Assembly: GCA_951406725.2 (NCBI GenBank)
Contig: OX597824.1
Coordinates: 30,442,001 to 30,506,000, forward strand
Source of the DNA: Octopus vulgaris
Taxonomy: Eukaryota
Reading direction: 5' to 3'
DNA: 64,000 nucleotides
The notes under the pieces: generated by a model
Databases searched by the model: none
Told to the model about the DNA's origin: nothing
Seen by the model: only the letters and a program-made list of their open reading frames with translations
Program-made: the position numbers and the translations under genes
In this document: in pieces, positions 40,761-52,747 of the stretch
Layout: each line of letters begins with the position of its first letter
Position numbering within the stretch: the stretch's first letter is position 1

Positions 40761-41137
40761 TGCAGAGATGCATAATTTGTATAAAAAACCAAAAAAGTGA
40801 ACTGATATAATGTTTAGCTGAACAGTATATGAAAAAGTTACGTGTATACAAAACACCAAAGAACAATATATTTCTTGTCATTGCAAGAGAAAGCCGAATC
40901 AGTAAGGCAAGAATATAGACATTAACATAAAACAAGCAATAAGTAGTATTTAATAAGATGATAGTGATAATCAATGGAATGAACTTTTTGAAAATGAACT
41001 TCTCTAACATTAACATTAATGGGAGATTAAAAAAAAAAATAAACCAGAGAGGTTTGTTAAAATTAATGAAATGAAACTAAATTAAAGGAAAAAAGAAATT
41101 ACAGTGGATCACAGATACAAACACTAGTTTTTATAAC

Positions 41138-41485
41138 TAGTGGTTAATAAGTTTGCTTTGCAATCACATGGTTTTGCATTCAGTCTCATTGCGTGACACC
41201 TTGGGCAAGTGTCTCCTACTATAGCTCTGAGCTAGCCAATGCCTTGTGAGTGAATTTGGTAGACAAACTGTGTGCAAGCCTGTCATGTTTATATTATATG
41301 TTTACATGTACATGTGTGTACTTTTGCATTTGTCCCCCACCACCACTTGACTAACAGATGTTGGTTTGTTTACATCCTTGTAATTTAGCTGTTCGGCAAA
41401 ACTTAAAATAAGTTCAACAAAACTCTTCAAATCAGTGCTCCAGCATAGCCACAATCCAATGATGGGAACTAGTAAAAGGTAAAAA
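41138..41485 (+). mobile_element. CORE-like SINE
   Basis: Collinear with 43138-43532. Confidence 0.85.
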
Positions 41486-43137
41486 GAAGCTAGAAAAAAC
41501 TTAAAAACTACATATAAGAACAACTTTCTAAGACATGCCAAATGAGAGTAAGTAAAACTCAGTTTAAGTTACTTATAAAGGAAGTAATTCAACAGAATAG
41601 CAAAAATCTTATATTTTACATATGATCCTACATTTAAGCTAAATGTTGAGCATATGGTAAAAATATGCCATTTCTTAAATAACCCTATCATGAACAAATA
41701 TAATAGCTAAATTAACTGATTATGATCATCAAAAGTTTTATCGCCCTATTTTCTCTGCTGGTATCAACTTGGGCAGGTCAAATCTTGCCATTTGCCTCAA
41801 TCCTGCATTAGCACATCAGAGAAATACAACAAACAACTAGAGATTCACTGGAAGTCCTGCAAAATAAAAACCTATTAAATGAGTGAAGCCAACTGTAGAC
41901 ACCCATCAATAGCAAGTTAATCTACATAATACATAAATCTTATTAAGTGATCTAATTGATTTACTTCAATAATTATTTTTAATCTTCATCAAAACGTCAT
42001 TAGTGTTAATGTTTCAGTTATACAGCAGAACTTGACATTGAAAAAAAAAAAATATTTAGAAAATACTTCTTGATCGTCTCAATTTCTAAACATGGAATAT
42101 AAAGCTTAATACTTGTAGAGCTAAGGAAAATGAATGTTTATGCTTTTTCCAAGAACTATGGTAACCCAACAGCAAGTATTTCCAATTTAAGTCATTAAAA
42201 GTATATTAGACAGTATATATTTGCTGTTCATATTTATAATTAATTTCATTCCTTTTTATTACATTTCAATTCACAGAACTTTCAATAAAAATAACAAGGG
42301 TTTGCTAGATATATACTGCATTATCAGATTAATTTTTTAGGAATAAATTTGTGGTAAGGAAGACAGTAAGACCTATTCTACTAAGACTCCAGGAAGATAA
42401 AACATAAGGTCAGTTCGGGTGAAGTTTGAAATCAAAAACCACGTAAACCATAAGGCTTCCTTTGTATATCCAGAAATTAACCTCATGGCTCATATTGGTT
42501 TTCATGAAACTCATACTTGCCAAAGCAGACTTCTGCCAGTTTCTTTGAATTCTTGGATTTATCAATGAGAACTTATTGATGAACCGGACAGCTTAACCAA
42601 GTTACTAATCCATCAGTAGCTCACACAATTTACATTTTAAACATTATTCAATAAAGACATAGTCTTCAACACCAACAGCACATACATGCATGTGTGTTGA
42701 AGATGTCAGAATAGCAAAAGAAATGGAGTATATACAGTTAATATATGTTGACTAAACATAATAGAACTAAACTGACTGAATTAACTCTACTATATTATTG
42801 ATACTTATTTTAAGTATCGATAATATTTTTGGAGAAAAAAAACAGCAAAATCAACCTCAGCAGGATCTGAAATCACAACTAAGTGAGGAATAAATTAATT
42901 ATGTAATTACAGAACTCCCAACATTATACAATACAATATCTACTTATCACATTCTTGAATTCTGAATGTTAAAAATAGTCAGAGCAAAGGCTCTGTCAGT
43001 GGGTCATGGCAATATATTGTTGAGTTGTGGATTACTCCAGAATGGGATACAAGCAAATAACACTTAGAAATAAAATTTTAATTAAAGTTTCTTTTAAACA
43101 TATATATATATACACACACACTCACACACACACATAT

Positions 43138-43532
43138 GGCGTAGGACTGGCTGTGTGGTAAGTAGCTTCTTTACCAACCACATGGTTCCGGGTTCAGTCC
43201 CACTGTGTGGCACCTTGGGCAAGTGTCTTCTACGATAGCCACAGGTTGACCAAAGCCTTGCGAGTGGATTTGGTAGACAGAAACTGAAAGAAACCCATTG
43301 TATATATGTATGTATATATATGTGTGTGTATATGTTTGTGTGTCTGTGTTTGTCCCCACAACATTGCTTGACAACTGATGGTGGTGTGTTTACATCACCG
43401 TAACTTAGCAGTTCGGCAAAAGAGACCGATAGAATAAGTACCAAGCTTACAAAGAATAAGTCCTGGGGTCGATTTGCTCGACTAAAGGCGGTGCTCCAGC
43501 ATGGCCAGTCAAATGACTGAAACAAGTAAAAA
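43138..43532 (+). mobile_element. Full-length CORE-like (octopus OR-type) tRNA SINE, best-preserved copy
   Basis: A-box TGGCTGTGTGG, B-box GGTTCAGTCC, CORE-like CACCTTGGGCAAGTGTC, internal TA/TG tract, tail GACTGAAACAAGTAAAA; flanked by TA/CA repeats. Confidence 0.9.
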
Positions 43533-44780
43533 TGAGTTTTATATATATATATATGCTTTTTGGTGTGTCTGTTCATGGTAAGGTGCGTGTTTTCTCTTTG
43601 GAAAATTGAACTGAGGTATGGGAGAAAAACATTTGAGTATCACTACTATAAAGTGATGTGAAGTGTTTGCATTGAAAACTGATAGACTTTCAATCTTCGT
43701 TTATTATGCTGACAAGTTGGAAACAATAATGTTACTGCTTCACAAGAGAAGCAATTAAGAAAGACAGTTTGTACAAATGATAATATCTTTTCTATTAGTA
43801 GTTTATTCGCCTTTCTTCAACATGCACACATTTTCTTTGACAAGATAACTATTCAAAACTGATGGGTGGAATCTAAACTGATTACAAAGCATGAGTATGC
43901 AGGAAAGTGGATAGGGTGGTTATATCTGATTGTAAACAAACAGTTCAGTCAGTATGCAGGAGAGAAAATCTAGAATTAACACCGATTTGAATGCGACAGG
44001 GAAGTATATGCATTATTAGCTTGCAAATACAGATTAATTAAAGTCAGCACGAGTTTTGATAGAGAGAGACTTCAAAAGATTACTTAATTCTAATTAAACA
44101 GAGAAAAAGTTCAAATTCTGAGAGGATAGAAATTACACAACAAGCTGGTTTGTTTTTAAATAACATAAGAAATTAATTTCACATATAAATAAAATAAACT
44201 TCTTCTGAACCTAACAGAAACTCAAGGCATTCAAGTTCAATGAAAGGTGAAACTTCTCTTTAATTTCAACGTATTAATTAAACACAGTGTTGAAAACTTA
44301 ACTTGCTCTGAGATAAATATTCAGCTCTATAAATATTGGTAGGAATGACAAAATCCAAGATAGTGCTTAGGAAGATTATCAAATACGTAAGTGCTAAAAT
44401 TTCCCTACATAAAATTAAATAAACATTCATTTCCATATATGCAATGCTCTGTGTGAAATACAAAATACAAAGAACACTAAATATTAAATTAAAATTTGAT
44501 ATCATAATTAATTTTCTGTCCTTTAAATCTGAATAAAATTTAGAATAAATCAAAGATACAGAACAAACCCAAAAGAATAAACATAATAAAACAAATTATG
44601 ATAAATAGTAAACATTTCAAATTTCTGAAATAAATTATTACGACAATAGAAAGGAACAACTACTTAATATAGACCCAATATGTGACAAAAAGTTCAAACA
44701 AAAATGAAACTATATTAAAATCTTTAAAAAAATTTGTAAGACTTTATAATTTTGATTGATTAACAATCACATTTACTCAC

Positions 44781-44865
44781 CAAAATTGTCAATCATAAGG
44801 TCCATTTTGCCAGAAATATTCTTTATTTCCATTGTTTTCTTTAGGGATTTTTTCCCAATTTCCAT
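44781..44865 (-). CDS. Candidate first coding exon (MEIGKKSLKKTMEIKNISGKMDLMIDNF), phase-1 donor
   Basis: ATG at 44865 with an in-frame TAG upstream; donor TTG|GTGAGT; phase matches exon 22769-22867. Confidence 0.3.
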
Positions 44866-45749
44866 TTTGAATTTTTTATTGCAGCAATTATTCTAATTAA
44901 TTTTGTTTTCAATTGACAATATTTGAGTGATTATAATTTAAAGATTGTAACTCTTTGAAAGAGCATACAGAAGAAAAACTTTGCAGTTAGCATAAAACAA
45001 GAGAGAGCAGAAAACTTCCGTCAATCTAACAGTGGTTGAGAAAACACATTGTACACATACTGGTGTGATTAAAGTATGAGATTATAATGTGCTTTATTAG
45101 TTAATCCATCTATAATCTTATTATTGTAAACCAATCCAATGATATGTTAATGCAATAAAAAGATCATTCATGTAAAGAACAGAAAGTTCATAGAGCTAGG
45201 TGTATAACTATAGAAGTCTATTCCTGGATTTACATGTATTTTTGTACATATTTCTATTTTATATACATTATATTAAATATTTTGTTAAATTCAAACAGAG
45301 GACTCTATAAAACTATGTTAGTAAGTCATTATTATAAGTACTGACTACATCATAAAAATCATGCACCATCAATATACTTCATAAATAGTCCTCATAAATT
45401 ACCAATTCTTTTTTTTTTCAAATTCCAGGTTCAATAACTGTTAGAATGACCAATAGGCTACAGTTGTAGTTGCACAAATAACACATTATCATTTAACATC
45501 TGTTTTCCAGGCTGACATTGGTTGGATTTTTTGACAGGGGCTGGCCAGACTCCATGTCTGTTTTGGCATGGTTTCAATGGCTGGATGCCCTTGCTAATGC
45601 TAACCCCGTTACAGAGTTTACTGGGTGCTTTTATGCAGCACTGGCACAGGTGCTTTTACCTGGCACCAGCTGAAGAGATATGCAGGATAGCATTCCTAAC
45701 TACATTAGTTAATTTTGTAAAGAAGAAACTAAATTGAGAAATTATTATT

Positions 45750-46320
45750 ATACAAGATATCAAAAAGTTCCTGGACTAGTTTTGTAGCATGCCAACAGAG
45801 GGCAGCACACAGATGTGTGCACAGTGAGAGCTAGCAGTGACCTTCATGAGGTAGTGTGCCCACTGTGTTTACTTCGCAAGTTGTGAAATTTGTTTTTGTG
45901 AACACATGTATACTGCAGTCTACAATTTTGTCATGGACAGGAACAAGGAGCTCAACATGAAATTTTGCATTAAACTTGGGAAGTCTGCCACAGAGACATT
46001 GAGCATGCTTCAGCAAGCTTACGGCAACAAGGCAATGGGTCGTACGCAATGTTTCGAGTGGCACTGGTGCTTCAAAAGCAGAAGAACATCCTTGAAAGAT
46101 GATGAGTAATCTGGAAGACCTGCCATGAGTGTCACCTCCAGAAATGTGATACTGTGCATCAAAAATTCATCCCCCAGGGTCAGATAATAAATTGAGAGTT
46201 CTAATGAGCTGCTTTGAAGTGTTTGACATCTCTGAACTTTCATCTCTTCTCCGAGATGAAAATGCAGCTCAAAGATGGCTGTTTTAACACCACTGTCGAG
46301 ATCTAGAATGAATTGTATTC
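45750..46320 (+). mobile_element. Internally deleted mariner element
   Basis: TIR-like TACAAGATATCAAAAAGTTCC; NMKFCIKLGKSATETLSMLQQAYG..QCFEW..FK..RTSLKDDE*SGRP is the mariner N-terminal HTH; premature stop. Confidence 0.85.
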
Positions 46321-46329
46321 CAAAAGTTG

Positions 46330-46625
46330 CAGGAACACTGGACCTGGTGTATTGCTAGCAGTCTTTTTTCCCAAACTATTATGTTACAGGCACATAAACA
46401 CACCAACACCTGTTGTCAAGCAGTGGGAGGGGACAAACACAGACACAGATACACACACACACAATTGGCATCCACACAGTTTCTGTCAACCAAACTCACT
46501 CACAAGATATTGGTTGGCCAAGAGCTGTAGTTGAAGACACTTCCCTAACCTGTTGCATAGTGGAACTGAACCTAAAACTACGTGGTTGTAGAGTGAGCTT
46601 CTTAACCACACAGCCATGCCTGCAT
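46330..46625 (-). mobile_element. CORE-like SINE
   Basis: Reverse complement of the 43138 family. Confidence 0.8.
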
Positions 46626-47284
46626 CTATAGTATAGTTTCAGAGAGGCCTGCTTTCTTCCTCGTTGTTGGTAGTAGTGGTGATGGCAGTGGTACTGATGG
46701 AAGAGTTTAAATCTTTATTCTTTCAAACTAATGGGGTAAAAAGCATTATCAGTAATATTCTAGGTTGGTTCATCTCTCTACACAATAAACTTTGTGCCAA
46801 GTCAAAAGAATTGTCGACATAATAAGAGTAAATGCTTTCAAGGCAGAGCAATAAGTTGCTAGTGAACCAATGTTATGATGCAGTATCAATTCCCAGTTGG
46901 GATATGCTTCCGAAAAACATGTGCATTAAAACATCCAATATGTCAAAATAAATCTGATGACTTTGGTCTGAAATCTCTAAATAAATAGATAACACACACA
47001 GCCATTTCCGTCATGCAGGCATTAGCGAATTGGTCTTCATTGGATTAATTGTATTTTTAATATCTGTTTTGTCTTGCTGAGAATTACAACATAATGCTAT
47101 AGTAAAGTTTGAACTCTTACCTATGAAGATCATTGTCCATTACCTAGATCTCACAAATGGAAAATATCTTCATTACAAAAATTAAGTTGAAAAAACTCTA
47201 GCAACAGACTAGCAAAATAATGGCATAAAGAAAATACTACTAGAAATTTCTAACATAATAATAATAATAATAATAATAATAATA

Positions 47285-47777
47285 GGCACAGTACCAAGCA
47301 GTGGCTCTCATGGCTTCTAATCTTAACTGATTGGAAGTGTTATCCTGTACATGTATTGTCTTGGTATAAAAGATGGGCTACAGCAAATGTTCTGCTCAAT
47401 ACCACAGATTTGCTTGTCAGTTGTTTGATTTCAACCAGATAAGCATATCCTTTGATGGATGATAATATGTGGATCTCTGATCACAAGCAGAAGTGGGGGA
47501 GCATCATAGCCATGTGTTGGGAGGAATTCTTCGGAGTTTGAATATGTCACAAGTGGAAACATAGGTGTTTCATTCAACATCCTTAAACAACCCTTATTTA
47601 AGGATCATTTGAGTGGGATGGGCTACTTGACCTGAAGAAAATTCTAACTGGACTGCACCATGGTTGTGATGCATGTGCCTGGTGTACCCTTATCAGATGG
47701 GTAATCATGATGGGTATACTAGGCTTCGAATATTTTACCCCAGTGTCACTTTGATGGCATGCACTGCTCTCTCACTC
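47285..47777. repeat. (AAT)n-flanked non-coding interspersed repeat, copy 1
   Basis: Flanked by (AAT)n on both sides; its first ~365 bp are duplicated at 47936-48312. Confidence 0.85.
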
Positions 47778-47786
47778 AATAATAAT

Positions 47787-48450
47787 ATGAAGATTGTGGT
47801 CAATGAGGGGTGTAGATGTGATACCAGTAGTAACTGGTGCACTTGGAAGATTCAGCACTCAACTACCAATATGGCTCAAAAAGATTGATACAAGTGTGAA
47901 AGTAGAACACCAACAAAAATCACATAATAATAATTGCCCTGATGCAGTACCAGGCAGTGGCTCTCGTGGCTTCTGATCTTAACTGATTGGAAGTGTTATC
48001 ATGTACATTGTTCTGTCTTGGTATAAAAGATGGGCTACAGCAAATATTCCGCTCAATACCACAGATTTACTTGTCAGTTGCTTGACCTTAACCAGTTGAG
48101 CATGTTCCTTAGTGGCTGACAATATGCGTATCTCTGATCACAAGCCGAAGTAGTGGGGGAGCATCATAGCCATTTGTTGAAAGGGATTCTTTGGGGTTTG
48201 AATAATTCACCTCTGGAAACATGGGTGTTTCGTTCAACATCCTTAAACAACCCTTATGCAGGGACCTTTTGAGCTAGATGGGTTACTCAACCAGAAGAAA
48301 ATTCTAACTGGGATCTACAAGAGTTCTCCACAGGGTTCTTGGAGCATAATCAGTAAACAAATGTCACCTAAGTCTGCTGGCTATGAGTAGCTGACACTTT
48401 CCATCATATCCAGCAGAATAAGCTGAGAGTTTTCATCAAATAATAATAAT
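47787..48450 (+). mobile_element. R4/Dong-type 3' end, interrupted by repeat copy 2
   Basis: LWSMRGVDVIPVVTGALG..WLKKI..VEHQQKS | LGSTRVLHRVLGA* followed by a 3' UTR and (AAT)n tail. Confidence 0.8.
47936..48312. repeat. (AAT)n-flanked non-coding repeat, copy 2 (truncated)
   Basis: High visible identity to 47285-47652. Confidence 0.85.
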
Positions 48451-48600
48451 GGTTTCAAATTTTGGCAACAGGTCAGATGTTTTAGGGATGGGGCTAAGTA
48501 GATAACATCAACACCAGTATTTGACTGGTACATATTTTATCAACCCAGGCAAAGCCAACCATGGCAAAATTTGAACTCAAAGCATAAGACAGATGAAATA
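48450..48600 (-). mobile_element. Meta-domain-like SINE fragment
   Basis: GGTTTCAAATTTTGGCA..GACTGGTAC..ATTTTATCAACCC..AATTTGAACTCA. Confidence 0.7.
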
Positions 48601-49544
48601 TGGCTCAGCACCTAGAAAAGCAAGTCCATGTCATCCAACTGCATTGTTGGGTACTGGACAGACAGACCAGTTAAATTGCTTTGGGTCTAGTTTGGTTTGG
48701 ACCTCCAGATACACAAAAATTGAGATGAGGTAGTGAGCACAGTGACTAATCTCACCCAGATATGGGCCAAGAGAAAGCTATCTCTGAAGGTCAGGCAGAA
48801 GTGGTATGTCATCTATTACTGCTTGACCATCATGCCTTGTTCCAATCCCCATCTGATTACATTGGGTGTATGCTCTTTTGCTTCTTGTAGAAGGGATACT
48901 TTTCGATAGTCAGGCAGTCTATCAGCTGTCAGCACCCACTGCATGGTGGACTGGGCATGCTATGGCTGATGATACACAAACATGTATTAAGGTTACATCT
49001 CCAGTGCTTCCTTAAAAGCGAACAGGTGTGGTCACCATTAAACCAGATGCATTTTTTATCCAGCTGGTCTCCTTAATGGAGTTGCAATCCTGGATCAAAC
49101 AGAGACTGAGGGAAGGTATTTGGAAAGTTGAACAGTACAATAGATGGAAAATCCACTTTAGCATTACACAGAGGATTAGTGACTGGAAAGTTTAATGGCA
49201 TTTTTGAGGAGATCTTGGGCATCAAAGATAATCAGTTCTCTTCGTGAGAACTTTGAGCCCAGGACTGATGGATAACTACCAGAAATCACTGGGCCTCACA
49301 GTGCTACTGTGGAGCTTTGCCTGTTTGAGATAAACTCTACAGACATAGAAGCTGTCCAGCATGTGCTCGTCCAGTGCCTGAGCATTGCTGACCTGTGGGT
49401 TTATGTCAAATGCCTGCAGTACAACTGAATCCCTTTTGAAGACCACCCTGCTACCTTCTTTTAACTAGGAAGGACAAGCAGTTTTTATATACTTGGTGGC
49501 ATATGCATTGTTTTTGTTTTGTGCAGTCCATAATTTTTTTAGTA

Positions 49545-49922
49545 ATGCTTCACAGAATTTTGTTTTTATGTTTTGAGTTCAAATTCTGCCAAGGTTGACC
49601 TTGCTTTTCATCCATTCAGAGTTGATAAAACAAATACCAGTCAAGTACTGCAGTCAATGTAAACAACTTACCCTCCCCTCAAAATTTCTGGCTCTGCCAA
49701 AATTTTAAACCATTGAGCTGGCAGAATCACTAGTGCACCAGACAAAATGCTTAACTGTATTTTGCCCATCGCTACATTCTATGTTGAAATTCCACTGAGG
49801 TGGACTTTACCTTTTATCCTTTTGGGATCAATAAAATAAGTACCAGTTGAACACTGGGCTAGATGTAACTGACTCATTTTTTTCCCTCAAAATTGCTGCC
49901 CTTGTGGCAAAATTTGAAACCA
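49545..49922 (+). mobile_element. Two tandem Meta-domain-like SINEs
   Basis: Same unit as 18929-19535; each ends AAATTTT/GAAACC. Confidence 0.8.
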
Positions 49923-49928
49923 TTATTA

Positions 49929-50026
<98 letters not shown>
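49922..50026. repeat. Compound (ATT)n(AGT)n microsatellite
   Basis: Direct read; explains the poly-I/poly-S ORF. Confidence 0.95.
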
Positions 50027-50027
<1 letters not shown>

Positions 50028-50039
50028 TAACTGCACTAG

Positions 50040-50710
50040 AATAAGAATGTAGGACAAATCTAATAAAGGTAAGAGTTGATAAAACTCAGAGATCAAGTGC
50101 AGAATCTGTGGGGAAAGGAGACAATAGTATCAACTATCTCTTGGGTGAATGCAATCAGCTAGGACAAAAAGAGTAGAAACAAAGCATGACAGGGTAAAAG
50201 AGTGTATTGGGATGTTAGCAGAGTGTATGGCTTCAAAGTAACAAAAAAGTGGTATGAACATGGAGATAGAGAATAAGAATTACAGGATTTTATGGTACCT
50301 CCCCATAAAAACTGACCATACTATTGAAGCAAGAAGACCTGATGTGATTATAGAGGACAAAGAAGGAAAGATTGTAAAATTTTGCAATACTGAATGATAA
50401 TCGAGCAGATACCAAAGAAATTGGAAAAACTGAGAATTAGCAGGGCCTGGCCAAAGAGATGAAAATATTGTGGAAGACAAAGTTGGCAATTATTCCTGTG
50501 ACATACAGTACACTTGGTACAACATCTAAACTACTACTCAAGGCTGAAAAGATATTGGAACAGAAATTTGAATTGTCAACCAACAGAAAGTACAATTCTG
50601 TATTCTGCAAGGATACTAAGAAAGATTCTTGAGATTGAGAAAACTTGTTGCCATCAAACCTCAACAACATCCCTACTAAATAATATGGCTTGTAATAGTT
50701 ATAACAATAA
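50040..50710 (+). mobile_element. R4/Dong-type 3' fragment (zinc knuckle plus RLE endonuclease)
   Basis: KCRICGE..NSINYLLGECNQL, ILWYLPIKTDHTIEARRPDVII, IIPVTYSTLGT, STILYSARILRKILEI, with frameshifts. Confidence 0.8.
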
Positions 50711-50754
50711 AAATATATATACATACAGACACAAATAAACCTATATTTTATATG

Positions 50755-50880
50755 ACAGGCTATTTTTAATTACCATCCACCAAATTCACTAACAAGCATT
50801 GGTTAGCCTGGAGCAATAGAACTTGCCTAAGATGCTGCACAATAGGACTGAACCCAAAATCATATGGTTGGAAAGCAGAA
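50755..50880 (-). mobile_element. CORE-like SINE fragment
   Basis: ACCAAATTCAC..ACTTGCCTAAG..GGACTGAACCC. Confidence 0.6.
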
Positions 50881-51079
50881 TTCTAGTTAGGTTCACTGTT
50901 AAAAAGTAACCAATATCTTTTAACTTAAATTAAAACTGTTTGGTGGTTACACCAAGAACTCAATTTTTAATTTAGTTGGGTCAACTAAACAATATACCAA
51001 TTTCTTTTTACACACAAACACAGCCAAAACCCGATAATAAAGTATAGTCTTTCTCTTTAGAACCAGAAAATATTTCAGC

Positions 51080-51560
51080 CTCCAACAACTGAAAGCTCTC
51101 TACAAAGATCAGATGAGAACCACAATGGAGTATTGTAGCAACATCTGAGACAGGGCTGCTGCAACACTCATTGACATCCAAAGAAAGCCCACTTGTTAAC
51201 ACTAATTACCATAAAGTCACTCACAATCACACTCCAGCCTCTGACTTACAGATATACTGTTTCCTCTTTTTACTTTCACTCCCAGAACTACTCAGGAAGA
51301 CTTGATTCCATCATCGTCACCCTCTGGAATTTCCTCCATCTGCATCAACCTGCTGGAATTTCCTCCCTCAACCTGGGTTTTCTGCAGTCACTAAATGGCA
51401 AATATTCAATCAGAATGTTAACTACGTCAGATACACTGTTCTCGGAGGATATGCTAAGACCATTAGCACAACACTTCCTCCAGACAAAACTATATACATA
51501 AAGAGCAACAAAGTTTCAATCTTAAGAAAAATCAACACTTCTCCATGCTAACCTCTCATG
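51080..51560 (+). mobile_element. CR1/L2-clade LINE 3' fragment
   Basis: LYKDQMRTTMEYCSNI*DRA..DIQRK..KSLTITLQPLTYRYTVSS. Confidence 0.7.
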
Positions 51561-52180
51561 GAATTTTCTCTTGTGATATTAAAAAGAATTACTTCCTGCT
51601 GTTTTATCAGAGATAAGGTAAAATAAATAAATAAAATAAAATGAATACACACACTTGATCAACTTCCCTTTTTAGTATTTTAATCAAAATAGTTTTTTGG
51701 AGAGAGGTAATCCTCATAACTATTTCTCTTAGATCTGCTAAATTGGGAAAACTGAACTTTATAAAATAAGTGGCAAACTAAATCTCGACTAACAACCAAC
51801 ATCAGTCAAGGTAGAAAAGTTACAAACATAATTAAGATAAAGCTCATTAGTATATATATTTTTTTCAAGTTCAATACTATTTCTAGGTCAATCCAACCTT
51901 AGCTAGTAAAAGTGTAACAGTGTCTGACATGTGGTTTCTAACATCACATGTCGGAGGTATTAATGAAATCCAGTGTAAATACAGGCAGAGGAAGAGGGTG
52001 AAATACATTTTATTTATTTTTTATTCGCATTTTTTATCTTTATTTTTATTTATAATTTTTTATTTGAATTAAATTATGGCTTGTACAGTAAGGTCCAGCG
52101 AAACTATTTACACATACACATACTTACATGTTTAAAATTAAAATATAGTTTTTAGTATCAAACTATGATAAAATGATGAA

Positions 52181-52265
52181 GAGGCCTGATGATTGGGGTT
52201 ATATTTTAAGAAAATATGGTGTGGTTAAGGAACCGGAAAATGAACCTCAAGAAACACGTGTAGTA
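52181..52265 (+). ncRNA. Type I hammerhead ribozyme-like motif
   Basis: CTGATGA (52186-92), stem II TTGGGGTT/AACCTCAA, GAAAC-ACGT-GTA with palindromic ACACGTGT; stem I weak. Confidence 0.55.
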
Positions 52266-52332
52266 AGTATTAAATTGAATTAAAATTCTTTAATATGGTG
52301 GGATGAAGGGGCCTACTATCTCTAAAGGGAAA

Positions 52333-52357
52333 TATATATATATATATATATATATAT
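52333..52357. repeat. (TA)n microsatellite
   Basis: Direct read. Confidence 0.95.
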
Positions 52358-52393
52358 CTGAAATGTAATATGTGACAATTATTCGGTAGCCAT

Positions 52394-52448
52394 GATAAAA
52401 CTCAGTTTCGGATGCCGGAGTGGAAGTCCACGCCGCCATCCAGTTATC
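52394..52448 (-). ncRNA. Degenerate hammerhead-like motif
   Basis: Minus strand GATAA-CTGGA-[GC-rich hairpin]-CGAAACTGAGTT-TTATC: stem I GATAA/TTATC intact, CUGANGA core shortened by 2 nt. Confidence 0.45.
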
Positions 52449-52747
52449 CGCCAGTTATCCAGCCTTTGGAAAAAATGCTATGAAAAAGACCGTTAAACAA
52501 AGGGCAACTACTGTATGATTGACTGTTATTAAGACAAAAGAGCTATTTGAATGACCGCTAAGTGAGGGGAGGGGGTAAAAGTAAGGGGGTAAAAAAGTTC
52601 ATAGTGTTCACGTAAGCACACATGTCCATACCTACACATGCGTGCCCGCACACCCACGTACATGCACCTAAAAGTATGCACTTATCCACCCTCACTTGAA
52701 ACATGCACATTCTCACCTGAACCATTTGACAAAATATATATGTGTGT

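Noticed and set aside
40460-41016. Hydrophobic 110-158-aa ORFs as membrane proteins
   Set aside because: Composition artefact of the T-rich strand; no splice or homology support
41745-41857. Exon after the strong acceptor TTTTTATTTTGCAG
   Set aside because: Stops in all three frames and no donor
43094-43576. 160-aa ORF
   Set aside because: Antisense translation of the full-length SINE
49847-50044. Poly-Ile/poly-Ser ORF
   Set aside because: Translation of a microsatellite
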